From NCBI GenBank assembly GCA_038843015.1, contig JAWBSH010000001.1:170766-234765 (forward strand): a stretch of DNA of 64,000 bases, read 5' to 3'. This document shows, one piece after another, positions 46,079 to 55,831 of this stretch. Numbering within the stretch: position 1 is the first letter of the stretch; each line of letters opens with the position of its first letter. The position numbers and the translations under genes were made by a program. The notes below the pieces were generated by a model. That model was not told the origin of the DNA, ran no database searches, and worked only from the letters and a program-made list of their open reading frames with translations. Origin of the DNA: Zestosphaera sp. (lineage in GTDB: Archaea > Thermoproteota > Thermoprotei_A > Sulfolobales > NBVN01).

Positions 46079-46116
46079 CTTTTACTTACTCACCCGCCTG
46101 CTCGCGGTCCACAAGC

Positions 46117-46653
46117 TTAGAATTTAGGTAGAGTAACTCCTCTCTGACCTTGGTACCTGCCTCGATAAGGTCTTAAGACCGGGTTGAGAGTTTTTGAGAA
46201 TATCACGTGTGCGAATCTCTGACCTCTATACAACTTGACTGGAAAGACAGAACCGTGAACTTCTAAAGTCACGTTTCCTTCAAAACCCGCGTCTATTATC
46301 GTTGGAGGTATTGAGAGTCCTAGCCTAGCGAACGAAGACCTGAGTTCAACAAAGCCCATTATGTCATTAGGTAATCTAACGTATTCTAGCGTAGTTAAGA
46401 GAATCTTCTCATTCGGATAAATCACGAATTCGTCCCCGCTTAAGATTTCATAAAACTCACTTACTTGCTCATCACCTACATTCCTAGTATCAAAAACCTT
46501 GTTCAGAGGTTTCAGCCTAGCTACTTCACCACCGATCCTTAAGTCTATACCATTTTCTCTAACTATCTCTTCATCGTAGGGCTCAATCACCAGCCTGCCT
46601 GACTTAAGATACCAGGTCAGGTCAAAATCTGAGAGTATCATCGCGTACACCAA
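46117..46653 (-). CDS. dcd: dCTP deaminase
   Basis: N-terminus MILSDFDLTWYLKSGRLVIEP, DLRIG, and a size and pattern typical of the Dcd/dUTPase fold. Confidence 0.8.
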   Translation of the reverse strand: MVYAMILSDFDLTWYLKSGRLVIEPYDEEIVRENGIDLRIGGEVARLKPLNKVFDTRNVGDEQVSEFYEILSGDEFVIYPNEKILLTTLEYVRLPNDIMGFVELRSSFARLGLSIPPTIIDAGFEGNVTLEVHGSVFPVKLYRGQRFAHVIFSKTLNPVLRPYRGRYQGQRGVTLPKF

Positions 46654-46708
46654 ATAAGAGATGAAATTAAAGAGAATTTAAAGCATAAGTCTTAAAGAAT
46701 CCACTTAA

Positions 46709-47182
46709 TTATTTGATCCTAGCTACCTCTATTAAATGATTAGGCCAGGGAGCTAGAGTGTACTTCTTAAGCCACTCTATATCTAGGCTCAGCTTCTTTA
46801 ATTCTTCAATAACATTTTTAATTAAATCACTAGGTAACTTCCCGGAAGCTACAGCAGGACAGTCTAAGTCTAGGTAGATTACTTTTTCACCCGTCTTGAA
46901 ATCATAATACAAGATCACTGGCCATAACCTGCAATCAAGAGGTCTCCTAACATATATTGAACACATGCCGGTGTCGTCTAAGTATGGGCACGATAAACCG
47001 TTTCTTGAACCTATAGCTCTTACGCTTCCGAGCTCAGTATCAATTGAGAAGCTACTGTTCTCAAAATCTTTTTCTTCTTCGGGAAGGAGGACCGCGTAAA
47101 AACGTTTACAGCAATTAATTCTGCAGTCAGAACACACGGAGCCGAAATTCACGAAAGCAAATCTTTCGGACAGCCTGCCCAT
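46709..47182 (-). CDS. YkgJ-family (UPF0153) cysteine-cluster protein
   Basis: CSDCRINCC motif plus later CPYL and CSIY Cys pairs. Confidence 0.65.
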   Translation of the reverse strand: MGRLSERFAFVNFGSVCSDCRINCCKRFYAVLLPEEEKDFENSSFSIDTELGSVRAIGSRNGLSCPYLDDTGMCSIYVRRPLDCRLWPVILYYDFKTGEKVIYLDLDCPAVASGKLPSDLIKNVIEELKKLSLDIEWLKKYTLAPWPNHLIEVARIK

Positions 47183-47297
47183 ACTGAGAGGCTCTACCCA
47201 ATAACGTTATAGTTTTAACGCTACTTAAAAACACTTCAAATATTAGGTCTCTACCTACTCAGAATTAACAACAAAAAGTGATGAGAGTAGGGCACTG

Positions 47298-47425
47298 ACC
47301 TCCTCCCCGCCCTGAAGTGCGAGGGTTTCGGGGAGGTTTAGAGCTACATTCTCGGCTTCTGCCGGGTTCAGCTCTGCGCCCGGTCTCAGGCGCTTCACCC
47401 CTACCCCGTGTAGAGCGGGGCTCAG
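47298..47425 (+). repeat. GC-rich structured repeat, family F2, long copy (four consecutive stem-loops)
   Basis: SL1 is CCUCCCC-GCCCU-loop-AGGGU-UUC-GGGGAGG (47302-47336). SL2 is AGAGCU...CUCGGC-UUCU-GCCGGG...AGCUCU (47340-47375). SL3 is GCGCC-8 nt-GGCGC (47376-47393). SL4 is CCCCG-7 nt-CGGGG (47404-47420). Confidence 0.6.
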
Positions 47426-47480
47426 GGATATGACTTCACAATACCTAAAGAATACAGAGCTTATAAACCTTACTACATCA

Positions 47481-47520
47481 TCCCCGCCCTAAAGAACGAG
47501 GCTTTCGGGATTGTAAACCG
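47481..47520 (+). repeat. short copy of repeat family F2
   Basis: TCCCCGCCCTAAAGAACGAGGCTTTCGGGATTGTAAACCG matches the SL1 core of the copy about 180 nt upstream. Confidence 0.55.
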
Positions 47521-47583
47521 CAAATAAGTAAACTCTTAAAGGAATTCTCATTTTTAAGGTGATGAAGCTAGGTTAAGGATTTC

Positions 47584-47826
47584 TCAAGCTATTTTCTTAG
47601 TAGTTCTCTCGGCTTTTTCTTTAAGTATATTAGAGTATTCATCAGCTACTTTATCTGCTACCTTCTCTAACTCAGAAGGTTCAAGACTTTCTAGAACCTT
47701 CTTTACAAATTTCAAAGCACATGCCTTACTATGAAAACTGTAGGTATTTCTTCCTAAGTTTATGATGACTCCCTGCCCCACACTGAACTTCCTCCCACAC
47801 ACAATACATACCAGCTTCTCACCCAA
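47584..47826 (-). CDS. small zinc-finger protein (TRASH/MYM-like)
   Basis: 80 aa with CIVCGRKF...HSKAC followed by a charged helix. Confidence 0.45.
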   Translation of the reverse strand: MGEKLVCIVCGRKFSVGQGVIINLGRNTYSFHSKACALKFVKKVLESLEPSELEKVADKVADEYSNILKEKAERTTKKIA

Positions 47827-47911
47827 GGCAAAACACCTAAATAAGTACGAGACGCCTAACTAATAAGTTGTTGCCCTAATTCATATGACGTGTCATTTGA
47901 GGTTGTTATCA

Positions 47912-48709
47912 CTAAGTTAGTTGACAGTACTTTCTAGAGATTATTTGAGCGACTTCTTCTTCCAGAAAATGCATCTTAGGTGATGTTATTACTAAAGTGT
48001 GGGGACCTTCGTGGTCGGGGAGTTCCGTAAGATCTTTAAGAGTTCCGAAACATATCCTCTGCTCACTCCCGCTAAGACCTGATACGGCAACGGCTTTCCT
48101 AGACTCGCTCAAGACTCCCTCTCTTCTCATACTCTCTAGTTGTAAGAGTATCTCTATAGCTTCCCTCACCTGCATTTTGACTCCTTTCTCAATATCTATT
48201 TCTGTGAGAAGCGGTGTGTGGAGATTTCTTAAGTCGTTATCTTTTATGACGTCATACGGATACTCAGATATGATGCCCGACTTAGGGTAAGTTAAGGTCA
48301 CGACCTTGCCCATCTTGTATATCATAAGACCCGACATAGTTAGTGCGTTAGGTATTATACCTGGCGCAGGCACTACCTCAAAATCTATCCCTCTTCTACT
48401 AGCTTCGCTCAAGAGAGCTACGTGAGTAGTAGCGTCTAGGGGATTCCCGGGAACTACTAAGACTACCTTAAGACCTTCTAGAGCAGGCTTTATTATAGTC
48501 TCAAAATACTTTTCTTCAATATCTTTACGACTCAGAAATACTGCTTCTTTTCCTGTTTGAGTCGTTAAGAAGCTCCTTAAATCACCTAAAGTAATGCTAG
48601 TATAAGAATCTACGTAGACTATATCAGCTTCTAAGATTCTTTTAACACCTCTTAAAGTAATTAAGTCTACTGAGAGCCCTGCACCAACGAGAATGAGCTT
48701 TCCCCTCAT
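47912..48709 (-). CDS. dphB: diphthine synthase
   Basis: 265-aa tetrapyrrole-methylase-fold protein (LILVGAGLS, VVPGNPLDATTH). Its length and pattern match archaeal Dph5. Confidence 0.8.
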   Translation of the reverse strand: MRGKLILVGAGLSVDLITLRGVKRILEADIVYVDSYTSITLGDLRSFLTTQTGKEAVFLSRKDIEEKYFETIIKPALEGLKVVLVVPGNPLDATTHVALLSEASRRGIDFEVVPAPGIIPNALTMSGLMIYKMGKVVTLTYPKSGIISEYPYDVIKDNDLRNLHTPLLTEIDIEKGVKMQVREAIEILLQLESMRREGVLSESRKAVAVSGLSGSEQRICFGTLKDLTELPDHEGPHTLVITSPKMHFLEEEVAQIISRKYCQLT

Positions 48710-48743
48710 GCCCCCACCTACTTAATCTAACGTTAGGTACATT

Positions 48744-49211
48744 TCAGAGTACGGGGTGGATTGACTGATTACTGCCTGATGAGATTATCGTGTAACCAAA
48801 ATACCTCAATTCACTTACTTCAGTTCCTACTAAATCAGCTACTTTAGTCACGTAATCTACTAGTTTCTCGGCTTCACCAGCTAACCTAATTTTATAGAAG
48901 ACTGAAATCCCGTCACTCTTTACGATTACTTCTCCACCAGACTTTATGAGTTCAGGGTAGTGTTTAGTGAAGAAACTCAATGCCTCAATATCTTTAGAGA
49001 TAATGATCTCTACGCGCACCCACTCAATCAACTCAACCTCACTCAAATACGAGAAAATAACATTGACGTATGGTAATAACTGAGAATTAGTTACGAAAGA
49101 TATCAGGACCTCTTTAAAACCACTAGATTCTAAGTCACTTAATATCCACTCCAAATCCTCGAAAGGTACTAAATCACCGATAAAATCAACCAGCTTCTCT
49201 AAGGAAAGCAT
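48744..49211 (-). CDS. hypothetical protein
   Basis: 155-aa ORF with no motif recognised. Confidence 0.4.
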   Translation of the reverse strand: MLSLEKLVDFIGDLVPFEDLEWILSDLESSGFKEVLISFVTNSQLLPYVNVIFSYLSEVELIEWVRVEIIISKDIEALSFFTKHYPELIKSGGEVIVKSDGISVFYKIRLAGEAEKLVDYVTKVADLVGTEVSELRYFGYTIISSGSNQSIHPVL

Positions 49212-49282
49212 AGAGATGTCGTTCCCCGCCTACTACTCACGAGTATGTGTTTAGCACAGCTCGCGTTTCTTCCTCAGAGAAA

Positions 49283-49474
49283 TCAAACACTACTAACTCT
49301 CTTAAGACCTGGTCTACGCGCCTTAACTATTATCCTGAAACCACAGTAAGGGCATCTGAGAAACGTGTAACCTTCTCTCTCTTCAGCTTTAATAAAGCTT
49401 TCTAGACCTTCTTCGAACGTGAATTCCTTACCACACTTCCAACATCTGTAAACTATGTTTCTTAACTCACTCAA
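49283..49474 (-). CDS. rpoP: DNA-directed RNA polymerase subunit P (Rpo12)-like zinc ribbon
   Basis: YRCWKCGKEF ... RCPYCGFRIIVKARRPGLKRV resembles the Rpo12 zinc ribbon with an inserted loop. Confidence 0.55.
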   Translation of the reverse strand: MSELRNIVYRCWKCGKEFTFEEGLESFIKAEEREGYTFLRCPYCGFRIIVKARRPGLKRVSSV

Positions 49475-49607
49475 TATTGTTACCCTCCTTTACCTCAACT
49501 ATAGATAGCTTAAGACGTATTTAAGCACTTCATGACTGGGAGTTAAGCACAAGCACGATAACAAACTAATGAAAACCTTCGTCAAGATATGTTTCACCTA
49601 ATTGAAC

Positions 49608-50231
49608 CTAAGAGTATGAGAACCGGTAAGAAGCAATATTGACTGCGTGGTCAACTATTCTCTCAATATGTCTTAGTATTAGGGCTTTAGCTACTGCAGA
49701 GTTAGGTAGAGTCTCTTTACCCCCTATTTCTCGAAGGTAGCTCATGTATAGTTCATCTATTATGTCATCTATCTCTTGAACACGTTCTAAACACTTCTTG
49801 CACTCGTTAAATAGTGCTTGGTAGGCGTTCTCGTACGCTTCGCGAGCTAGTTTTAACGGGTCTCTTAACTCTCTCAGAGACTCGTCGCTCAACTTCTTCA
49901 CGTGTTTATCAACTAGCATTATCTCCCTACAGTACCTACCCACCCTGTACACGTCATACAGTACGTCTAGAAATGTGTGGATCTTTCTAAAGTCTTTACC
50001 TAGTGGTTGGTACCTGATAGTGTAGGCGAGTATAATTTCTGAGACTTCTCTTTTTAGTATGTCTAGCAAAGCTACGTCTTCCTCTATCTTCAGACCGAGT
50101 TCATTACGAGTCGCGTCATCTTTAACGTTCGCTAAGCTCACTGTGTTAGCAAATACTCTCATAGATATCACGTACACGTCTCTCAACCTATTTTCTAATC
50201 CTAGTAGGTCTTTCGAGCGCGAATTACTCAC
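49608..50231 (-). CDS. phoU: phosphate uptake regulator PhoU
   Basis: Two PhoU helical repeats with the ERIVDHAVNIA-type motif. It is the last gene of the pst operon. Confidence 0.8.
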   Translation of the reverse strand: MSNSRSKDLLGLENRLRDVYVISMRVFANTVSLANVKDDATRNELGLKIEEDVALLDILKREVSEIILAYTIRYQPLGKDFRKIHTFLDVLYDVYRVGRYCREIMLVDKHVKKLSDESLRELRDPLKLAREAYENAYQALFNECKKCLERVQEIDDIIDELYMSYLREIGGKETLPNSAVAKALILRHIERIVDHAVNIASYRFSYS

Positions 50232-50233
50232 GA

Positions 50234-50989
50234 CTATATAACACCCCTCAAGAAATTATTCGTTATCTCGCTTCTTGGATTCATGAAGACTTCCTTGGCG
50301 GGACCCTCCTCAACTATTACGCCCCCGTAAAGGAGGGCTACATGATCAGCTACTCTCGCAGCTTGATGAGGCATGTGCGTCACCATGACTATCGTTAAGT
50401 CTTCCTTTAGTTCCCTCAGCGATTCCTCAATCTTAAACGTGTTAGAGGGGTCTATGTTTGCTGTCGGCTCATCAAGTAAAAGTATTTCAGGTTTAGCGGC
50501 TAGAGCTCTAGCTAAGCAGAGCCTCTGTCTTTGGCCACCGCTCAGCGTGTGCGGGTAATCTCTAAGTCTGTTCTTTACCTCATCCCATAACATGACCTTC
50601 TCTAAAGCCCACTTAACTATCTCATTAAGTTCTTGCTTACTTCTAGCGATGCCGTTGAGTCTGGCTGGGAGAGCTACGTTGTCGTATATGGTCATGTGCG
50701 GGAACGGGTTAGGCTCTTGAGAAACCAGCACTACTTTCCTTCTTAGTTCGTAGGGGTCTACTGTGAAGATGTCGCGTCCTAACACGAACACCGAGCCCTC
50801 TACTCGAATGCCGTCCATGAAGTCAGTCAACCTATTCAGAGTTCTCAGTAGGGTTGACTTGCCTGAACCGCTAGGCCCCATAATCACTGAGATGGTGTTC
50901 TTACGTATTTTCATGTCTATACTGCGCAATATCTCAACGCCCTTAATGCTTACCTTAAGGTTTTTTATCTCTACAGCATAAGCGCTCAT
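50234..50989 (-). CDS. pstB: phosphate ABC transporter ATP-binding protein
   Basis: Walker A GPSGSGKST, signature LSGGQRQR and Walker B LLLDEPT. Confidence 0.93.
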   Translation of the reverse strand: MSAYAVEIKNLKVSIKGVEILRSIDMKIRKNTISVIMGPSGSGKSTLLRTLNRLTDFMDGIRVEGSVFVLGRDIFTVDPYELRRKVVLVSQEPNPFPHMTIYDNVALPARLNGIARSKQELNEIVKWALEKVMLWDEVKNRLRDYPHTLSGGQRQRLCLARALAAKPEILLLDEPTANIDPSNTFKIEESLRELKEDLTIVMVTHMPHQAARVADHVALLYGGVIVEEGPAKEVFMNPRSEITNNFLRGVI

Positions 50990-51861
50990 AACTTAACACC
51001 TCTAAGTAGGCTCCTTGATACGAGGAAGAGAACTAAGTAGATAATTATTAAGAGTAGGGTAGCCCCCCAAGCAACCTTGTGAAAGATCTCGTAAGGTGAG
51101 AGAGCATACACGAATATAAGAATTGGTAGAGCATTGCTTGGTTGCAGAAGACCCGCGAATACGGAGTTCATTAGGAAACCTATAGTGAATAACAAAGGTG
51201 CAGTATCTCCGAACGCTCTCACGTAAGATACCAGGATTCCTGTAAGTATATATCTTCTAGAGACACCCACGTAAACATATCTCAAGGCCTTGAGCCTGTT
51301 CATACCTAACGACATAGCAGCCTCACGTATGGTTTCAGGCACCGACCTTAGAGCAGACGTTAGGTATACGTAAGCGTAAGGTAGAGTAACTATAGATAAC
51401 GCGATAGACCCTGCGAGGAGGGATTGCGTGCCCATCCTTACGACGACTGCTGAGTAGACAAACATAGAAACTATGATTGAGGGTATGCCCGAGAAAGACC
51501 TTATGAATACCTCAGAAGACTTGCTGAAGATCGTGTTAGGAAACTCAGTCACTAGGAAAGCTATAAAGAAAGCTACAGGAACTGAAATGACTATTGCTAA
51601 GAGAGTTGCTAGGAAAGACCCTACGAGAGCAGGAGCTATACCACCTACCCTAGTGCTCAGTGGTGTCGGGGGCAAGTCAGTAATGAAGCTTAATCCAGCT
51701 TCAAGTAGTGTTCTACCCCCTCTACTCACAGCTGTGTAAAATATCGAGAATAGCGGGGTTACTGCGGTAATTGAAATAAAAATCATTAGGAGTTGCATTA
51801 AGTAGCTCTTATATTTTCTTAAAGCTTGTCTTCTAGACATGTATCTTACTCCTCCAATCAT
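50986..51861 (-). CDS. pstA: phosphate ABC transporter permease PstA
   Basis: Polytopic permease with an EAA-like loop (REAAMSLGMNRLKAL), positioned between pstC and pstB. Confidence 0.85.
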   Translation of the reverse strand: MIGGVRYMSRRQALRKYKSYLMQLLMIFISITAVTPLFSIFYTAVSRGGRTLLEAGLSFITDLPPTPLSTRVGGIAPALVGSFLATLLAIVISVPVAFFIAFLVTEFPNTIFSKSSEVFIRSFSGIPSIIVSMFVYSAVVVRMGTQSLLAGSIALSIVTLPYAYVYLTSALRSVPETIREAAMSLGMNRLKALRYVYVGVSRRYILTGILVSYVRAFGDTAPLLFTIGFLMNSVFAGLLQPSNALPILIFVYALSPYEIFHKVAWGATLLLIIIYLVLFLVSRSLLRGVKL

Positions 51862-52684
51862 ACATCTTCTTGATCCCGACGTAGCTAGCTCCCAAACTAA
51901 TCAAGAGTAGTAGGAGTCCCCCAGCGAATAATGTCGGCATAGCGTAAGTGTAGAGTCTAGCACTCTCGAACTGACTAGCAATTAAGGAAGGTATTGTGTG
52001 CGTCGAGTCGAATAGGCATAAGGTAAGTTTCATTGCATTCCCTACGGTCAGAGCTACTATAGTCGTCTCGCCTAAGGCTCTACTAAGGCTCAACAGGAGA
52101 GACGCTATCACGTAAGGTTTTAGGAGACCGTACAGTAGCTTAAAAGTCTCGTATTTAGTAGCTCCTAAGCAGATTATTCCTTCCTTGTACTTAACAGGTA
52201 TCATGTTGTATCCTTCTATAAGGAGTGCCGTGACGTACGGAGTTGAAGCAATAGCTAGAACTAGACTAGCAGTCAGTATAGAGTAGCCTGATACAGGCTT
52301 ACAAGAAAATATAGGTATGAATCCCAGATGATCATATAAAGGCTGCATAATGAAATCTCTCAGGTAGGGAGCTAGTACCGTGGAGCCCCATAAACCATAC
52401 ACTACTGTGGGCAGACCCCCCATAATCTCCACAATACTTCGTAGGAAATCCCGTAAACGCTTATGAAGTATCTCAGTAATAGTAAACGTGAGAGTTACTG
52501 ATAACGGGAAAGTAATTAAAGTGGCTAGCACGGAAACATATAGGGAACCGACAACAGGAGCTAACAAACCATATTTCTCTAGCTCGGGATCATCTGCCGG
52601 TCTCCACACAGTAGAAGATAGTAAGTCCACGCCAAAACGGATGAGAGAAGGTGCTGACTGATAAGTAATGAAGAGACTCATCAC
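51833..52684 (-). CDS. pstC: phosphate ABC transporter permease PstC (frame stays open a further 30 codons upstream, see finding)
   Basis: Polytopic permease with an EAA-like loop (EGIICLGATKYETFK), positioned directly after pstS. Confidence 0.85.
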   Translation of the reverse strand: MMSLFITYQSAPSLIRFGVDLLSSTVWRPADDPELEKYGLLAPVVGSLYVSVLATLITFPLSVTLTFTITEILHKRLRDFLRSIVEIMGGLPTVVYGLWGSTVLAPYLRDFIMQPLYDHLGFIPIFSCKPVSGYSILTASLVLAIASTPYVTALLIEGYNMIPVKYKEGIICLGATKYETFKLLYGLLKPYVIASLLLSLSRALGETTIVALTVGNAMKLTLCLFDSTHTIPSLIASQFESARLYTYAMPTLFAGGLLLLLISLGASYVGIKKMYDWRSKIHV

Positions 52685-52782
52685 TATGAAAAGACCTAAG
52701 ACACTAACTACCAGCGGGATGAAAGCATAAAAAACTAGTTTGTCTGATTTAGATAAAATAGTTACTATCCTTGATCACCTGA

Positions 52783-53943
52783 TTAAGACTCGCCTACTGA
52801 GAGTAAATCTAGGGCTTTCAGATTTATACTTCTAACTTCTTCAGGTATTGGTAGATAGCCAGGCACCATATGTTCTTGTCCTTCAGTATTGATCCACCTA
52901 ATAAATTCCCTCAAGGCTTCTACAACCACCTTATCAGGGTAAGCCTTGTAAACGAATATATACGAGAACGACACTATCGGGTACGAGTCTTCTCCGGGCG
53001 GATTAAGCATTTGCAACAATACGTCACTCCAGTCGTCTAATGGTGACTGAGGCAGGCGCGTCGCGGAACTCCTCACAGCGTTGAGTACTGTTTGACTTGT
53101 TGGCTTGACGCACACTCCCTCCGAGTTCCTTACTGCAGCTACGCGTAGCCTCTGCGTTACGGCATAGCTTAACTCAACATAGCCTATTGAATACGGTGTT
53201 GTCTTAACTACCTGCGTCACTCCCTCATTCCCTTTCCCTCCAACGCCTCTACCTGTAGCGTCAACAGGCCAATCAATAGAAAACCCAACTAACTCACTAA
53301 CCCATATCTCTGGTGATGCCTTGTTTAAGTATGTAGTGAATACTGCCGTAGTGCCGCTAGAATCAGATCTGTGAACAGCTACTATCTCTTTATGAGGTAA
53401 TACCTCCCTCAAGTCTGGATTGAGATTCAAGATCCTCTCGTCATCCCAGTACGTTATATCACCCTTATAGATCAAAGCTATAACGTGACTACTCAAACAA
53501 ATACTCTTGTTATCAGGTATCTCAGGGATGTTGTACGTGATCGCGACAGAACCTACTACTACAGGCAGTTGCAGAACTTTTCCTGAGTACTGCTCATACA
53601 GCTTCCTAGAGAGAGGTGGGTCGCTTCCAGCAAAATGAACAACCTTATTGAAGAACATATCTCTGCCAGCACCGCTACCAACACTTTGGTACTCTACTCT
53701 CAGACCTTTAGTCTCGGCGAGAATTCGCGACCACTCAATCATCTGAGGTGCCAGGAAGGAAGCACCAGCACCTGAGATAGTAACGCTACCCCAAGAAGGA
53801 GTCGTAGTCGGGCTTGTAGCGGTAGTGCCTGTCTGCAAGAGATTAAGTGCTTGGAGGTAAATGAGCACCGAGATCGCCGAAGCTACTAAAGCTATTATCA
53901 ATAAGACGAGAATCTTGTTAATTGCTCTAGTACTATTACTCAT
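52783..53943 (-). CDS. pstS: phosphate ABC transporter substrate-binding protein
   Basis: N-terminal signal/anchor helix, then the PstS-like motifs GAGASFLAP, QSVGSGAG and RSDSSGTT. Confidence 0.9.
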   Translation of the reverse strand: MSNSTRAINKILVLLIIALVASAISVLIYLQALNLLQTGTTATSPTTTPSWGSVTISGAGASFLAPQMIEWSRILAETKGLRVEYQSVGSGAGRDMFFNKVVHFAGSDPPLSRKLYEQYSGKVLQLPVVVGSVAITYNIPEIPDNKSICLSSHVIALIYKGDITYWDDERILNLNPDLREVLPHKEIVAVHRSDSSGTTAVFTTYLNKASPEIWVSELVGFSIDWPVDATGRGVGGKGNEGVTQVVKTTPYSIGYVELSYAVTQRLRVAAVRNSEGVCVKPTSQTVLNAVRSSATRLPQSPLDDWSDVLLQMLNPPGEDSYPIVSFSYIFVYKAYPDKVVVEALREFIRWINTEGQEHMVPGYLPIPEEVRSINLKALDLLSVGES

Positions 53944-54063
53944 GTGTCATCACCAAGCCATGATCCATGTTTACTTTTATATTCTTTAGGAATAGAAAAT
54001 ATAATGAATATAAAAAACATATTAAAATATATTTGCTTTAATAGAATATATAGGAGGTCCTAA

Positions 54064-55071
54064 ATGAGATATAGAAGGAGAGTACAGGTCGTCGGGGGGT
54101 CTACCTACATAGTTTCTCTACCTAAAGAGTGGGCCAAGAGCTTGAACCTGCAACACGGTACTGAGTTAGTACTTGAAGTAATGCCTGACTCAACACTCAA
54201 GGTATACTTGAGTGATGAGGCACGTCCTGAAGCACTACTGGAAGAAGAACTCAAGTTCGACAAGAGTTCTGTAGAGTTATTTTTCATTAAGTTAATAGCG
54301 TCTTACGTGGTGGGGTATGATAAGATAATCATTACATGTGTTGACTGTTCTTCCACAGAGCTAGAGGAGCTAGTCAGGCAGATAATTGAGAGGACTATAG
54401 GCTTAGAAGTCATCGAGAAAGACAAGAATACCGTAGAGCTACAATGCTTAGCCAACATCTCTACGCTCACACTCTCAGAAGTAGTTAAGAACATCGTTAG
54501 ACTCACGCTGAAATCCTTCGCAGACCTTGAGAAAGCCGTGAAGAAGGGAGAAGCTAGAGACTCTCGTGAAATCATAGCTAGAGACAGCCTTATAGACAAG
54601 CTCTACTTGTATGGCTTAAGACAATTAAATCAGGTATTACTCGGTAGAGTCAATTATGCTACAGTAGGATTAAAGACCATGACTCAAGCAATATATCTAG
54701 CAATGATGCTTAAATTCTTGGAGAGAATAGCTGACCACTTATCTAGCCTAGCCGAAGACACAGCTAAGCTAATAGAGAGTGAGGTAGGTACGCCTAGCAA
54801 GTTGATTACCTACGTTGAGGCGTTGCAAGCCAAGTATACTCAGATAGCTAACTACCTAGTAGTAGAGCATGGAGCTAGAGAAGAAGACTTGCGTTTCCTC
54901 GGTGAGCTAGTTAAGGAACTAAGAGTGCTTGAATCTGGCGTGGCTAGCGACACCATCATATCTAAGCACGGGGGTGAGCATTTAGTGAGGATATCTGCTT
55001 ACTTGAGAGACCTCATAGAGTTGCTGGCTGATATGCATGAACTAGCCAAACTAGTCTCAAGTTCAGCCTAG
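54064..55071 (+). CDS. AbrB/SpoVT-PhoU fusion regulator (phosphate-responsive)
   Basis: N-terminal SpoVT/AbrB-like segment (VQVVGGSTYIVSLPKEWAK) plus PhoU-type repeats (ERIADHLSSLAED). It is divergent from the pst operon. Confidence 0.75.
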   Translation: MRYRRRVQVVGGSTYIVSLPKEWAKSLNLQHGTELVLEVMPDSTLKVYLSDEARPEALLEEELKFDKSSVELFFIKLIASYVVGYDKIIITCVDCSSTELEELVRQIIERTIGLEVIEKDKNTVELQCLANISTLTLSEVVKNIVRLTLKSFADLEKAVKKGEARDSREIIARDSLIDKLYLYGLRQLNQVLLGRVNYATVGLKTMTQAIYLAMMLKFLERIADHLSSLAEDTAKLIESEVGTPSKLITYVEALQAKYTQIANYLVVEHGAREEDLRFLGELVKELRVLESGVASDTIISKHGGEHLVRISAYLRDLIELLADMHELAKLVSSSA

Positions 55072-55167
55072 AAAACCTGATGACCAACTCAATTTCTTGG
55101 TGCTAAGGATTTGTAATTAATCACCTTAAAACAACTAAGACGTTAAGGAGGCTCACGCTCAACGGTC

Positions 55168-55725
55168 TTAGACTAATTTCTGAATTCCTAGTAATTCTCT
55201 AAGTTTGTTCAATCTTTTTTTACCTTCAATTAATGATTCATTGGCTACTCTTACTATCTCTTCTGCTTCACTTTCTTTTAGTAGCGTGTGTTGACTTATC
55301 TTAAGCAAGTGTGTGAGTCGAATTCCTGTCTTGAGTTCTACGATTATGCCCTTTTCTTTATTTATAGACAGTATTCCAGAATGTTTCATGCCAGACTCTC
55401 TCGCTATTGTGAGTAATTTTCGTGCAGACCGCATGTTTAGCGCTGACGCATGTATTATTGGTCCTGTTACAACTAGCCATAATCTCCTGAGTGTAGGTGT
55501 GTTGAGAACTTCAAGGAGTTCTTCTAGCTTTATTGGCTGATGTTTCTTAAAGACTATGGACGAATCCTTCCTCTCCCAAGGTAGGTTTCCGTCTATGAAT
55601 GTGATTCTACCACTACAAGAACTTATTGTGTATATATCTTCGAACTCAAAAAGTTTTCTGAGAATATCTAATATGTCCTCGTCTAAGTAACCTATTTCTA
55701 AGTCTTCTATGAGTCGCTTCCTCAA
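55168..55725 (-). CDS. taw3: tRNA wybutosine-pathway methyltransferase Taw3/TYW3
   Basis: TYW3 signature ISSCSGRI. Length is 185 aa. Confidence 0.8.
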   Translation of the reverse strand: MRKRLIEDLEIGYLDEDILDILRKLFEFEDIYTISSCSGRITFIDGNLPWERKDSSIVFKKHQPIKLEELLEVLNTPTLRRLWLVVTGPIIHASALNMRSARKLLTIARESGMKHSGILSINKEKGIIVELKTGIRLTHLLKISQHTLLKESEAEEIVRVANESLIEGKKRLNKLRELLGIQKLV

Positions 55726-55831
55726 CTTCTCTTTACGTGCTCTCCACTTTTCAGGGTCTACGAAGGGCAGCCCAGCACACCAAGTAGAAATTATTTAAGA
55801 GTCTAATATGAGTTAGTTCTGGTGTGGAAAA

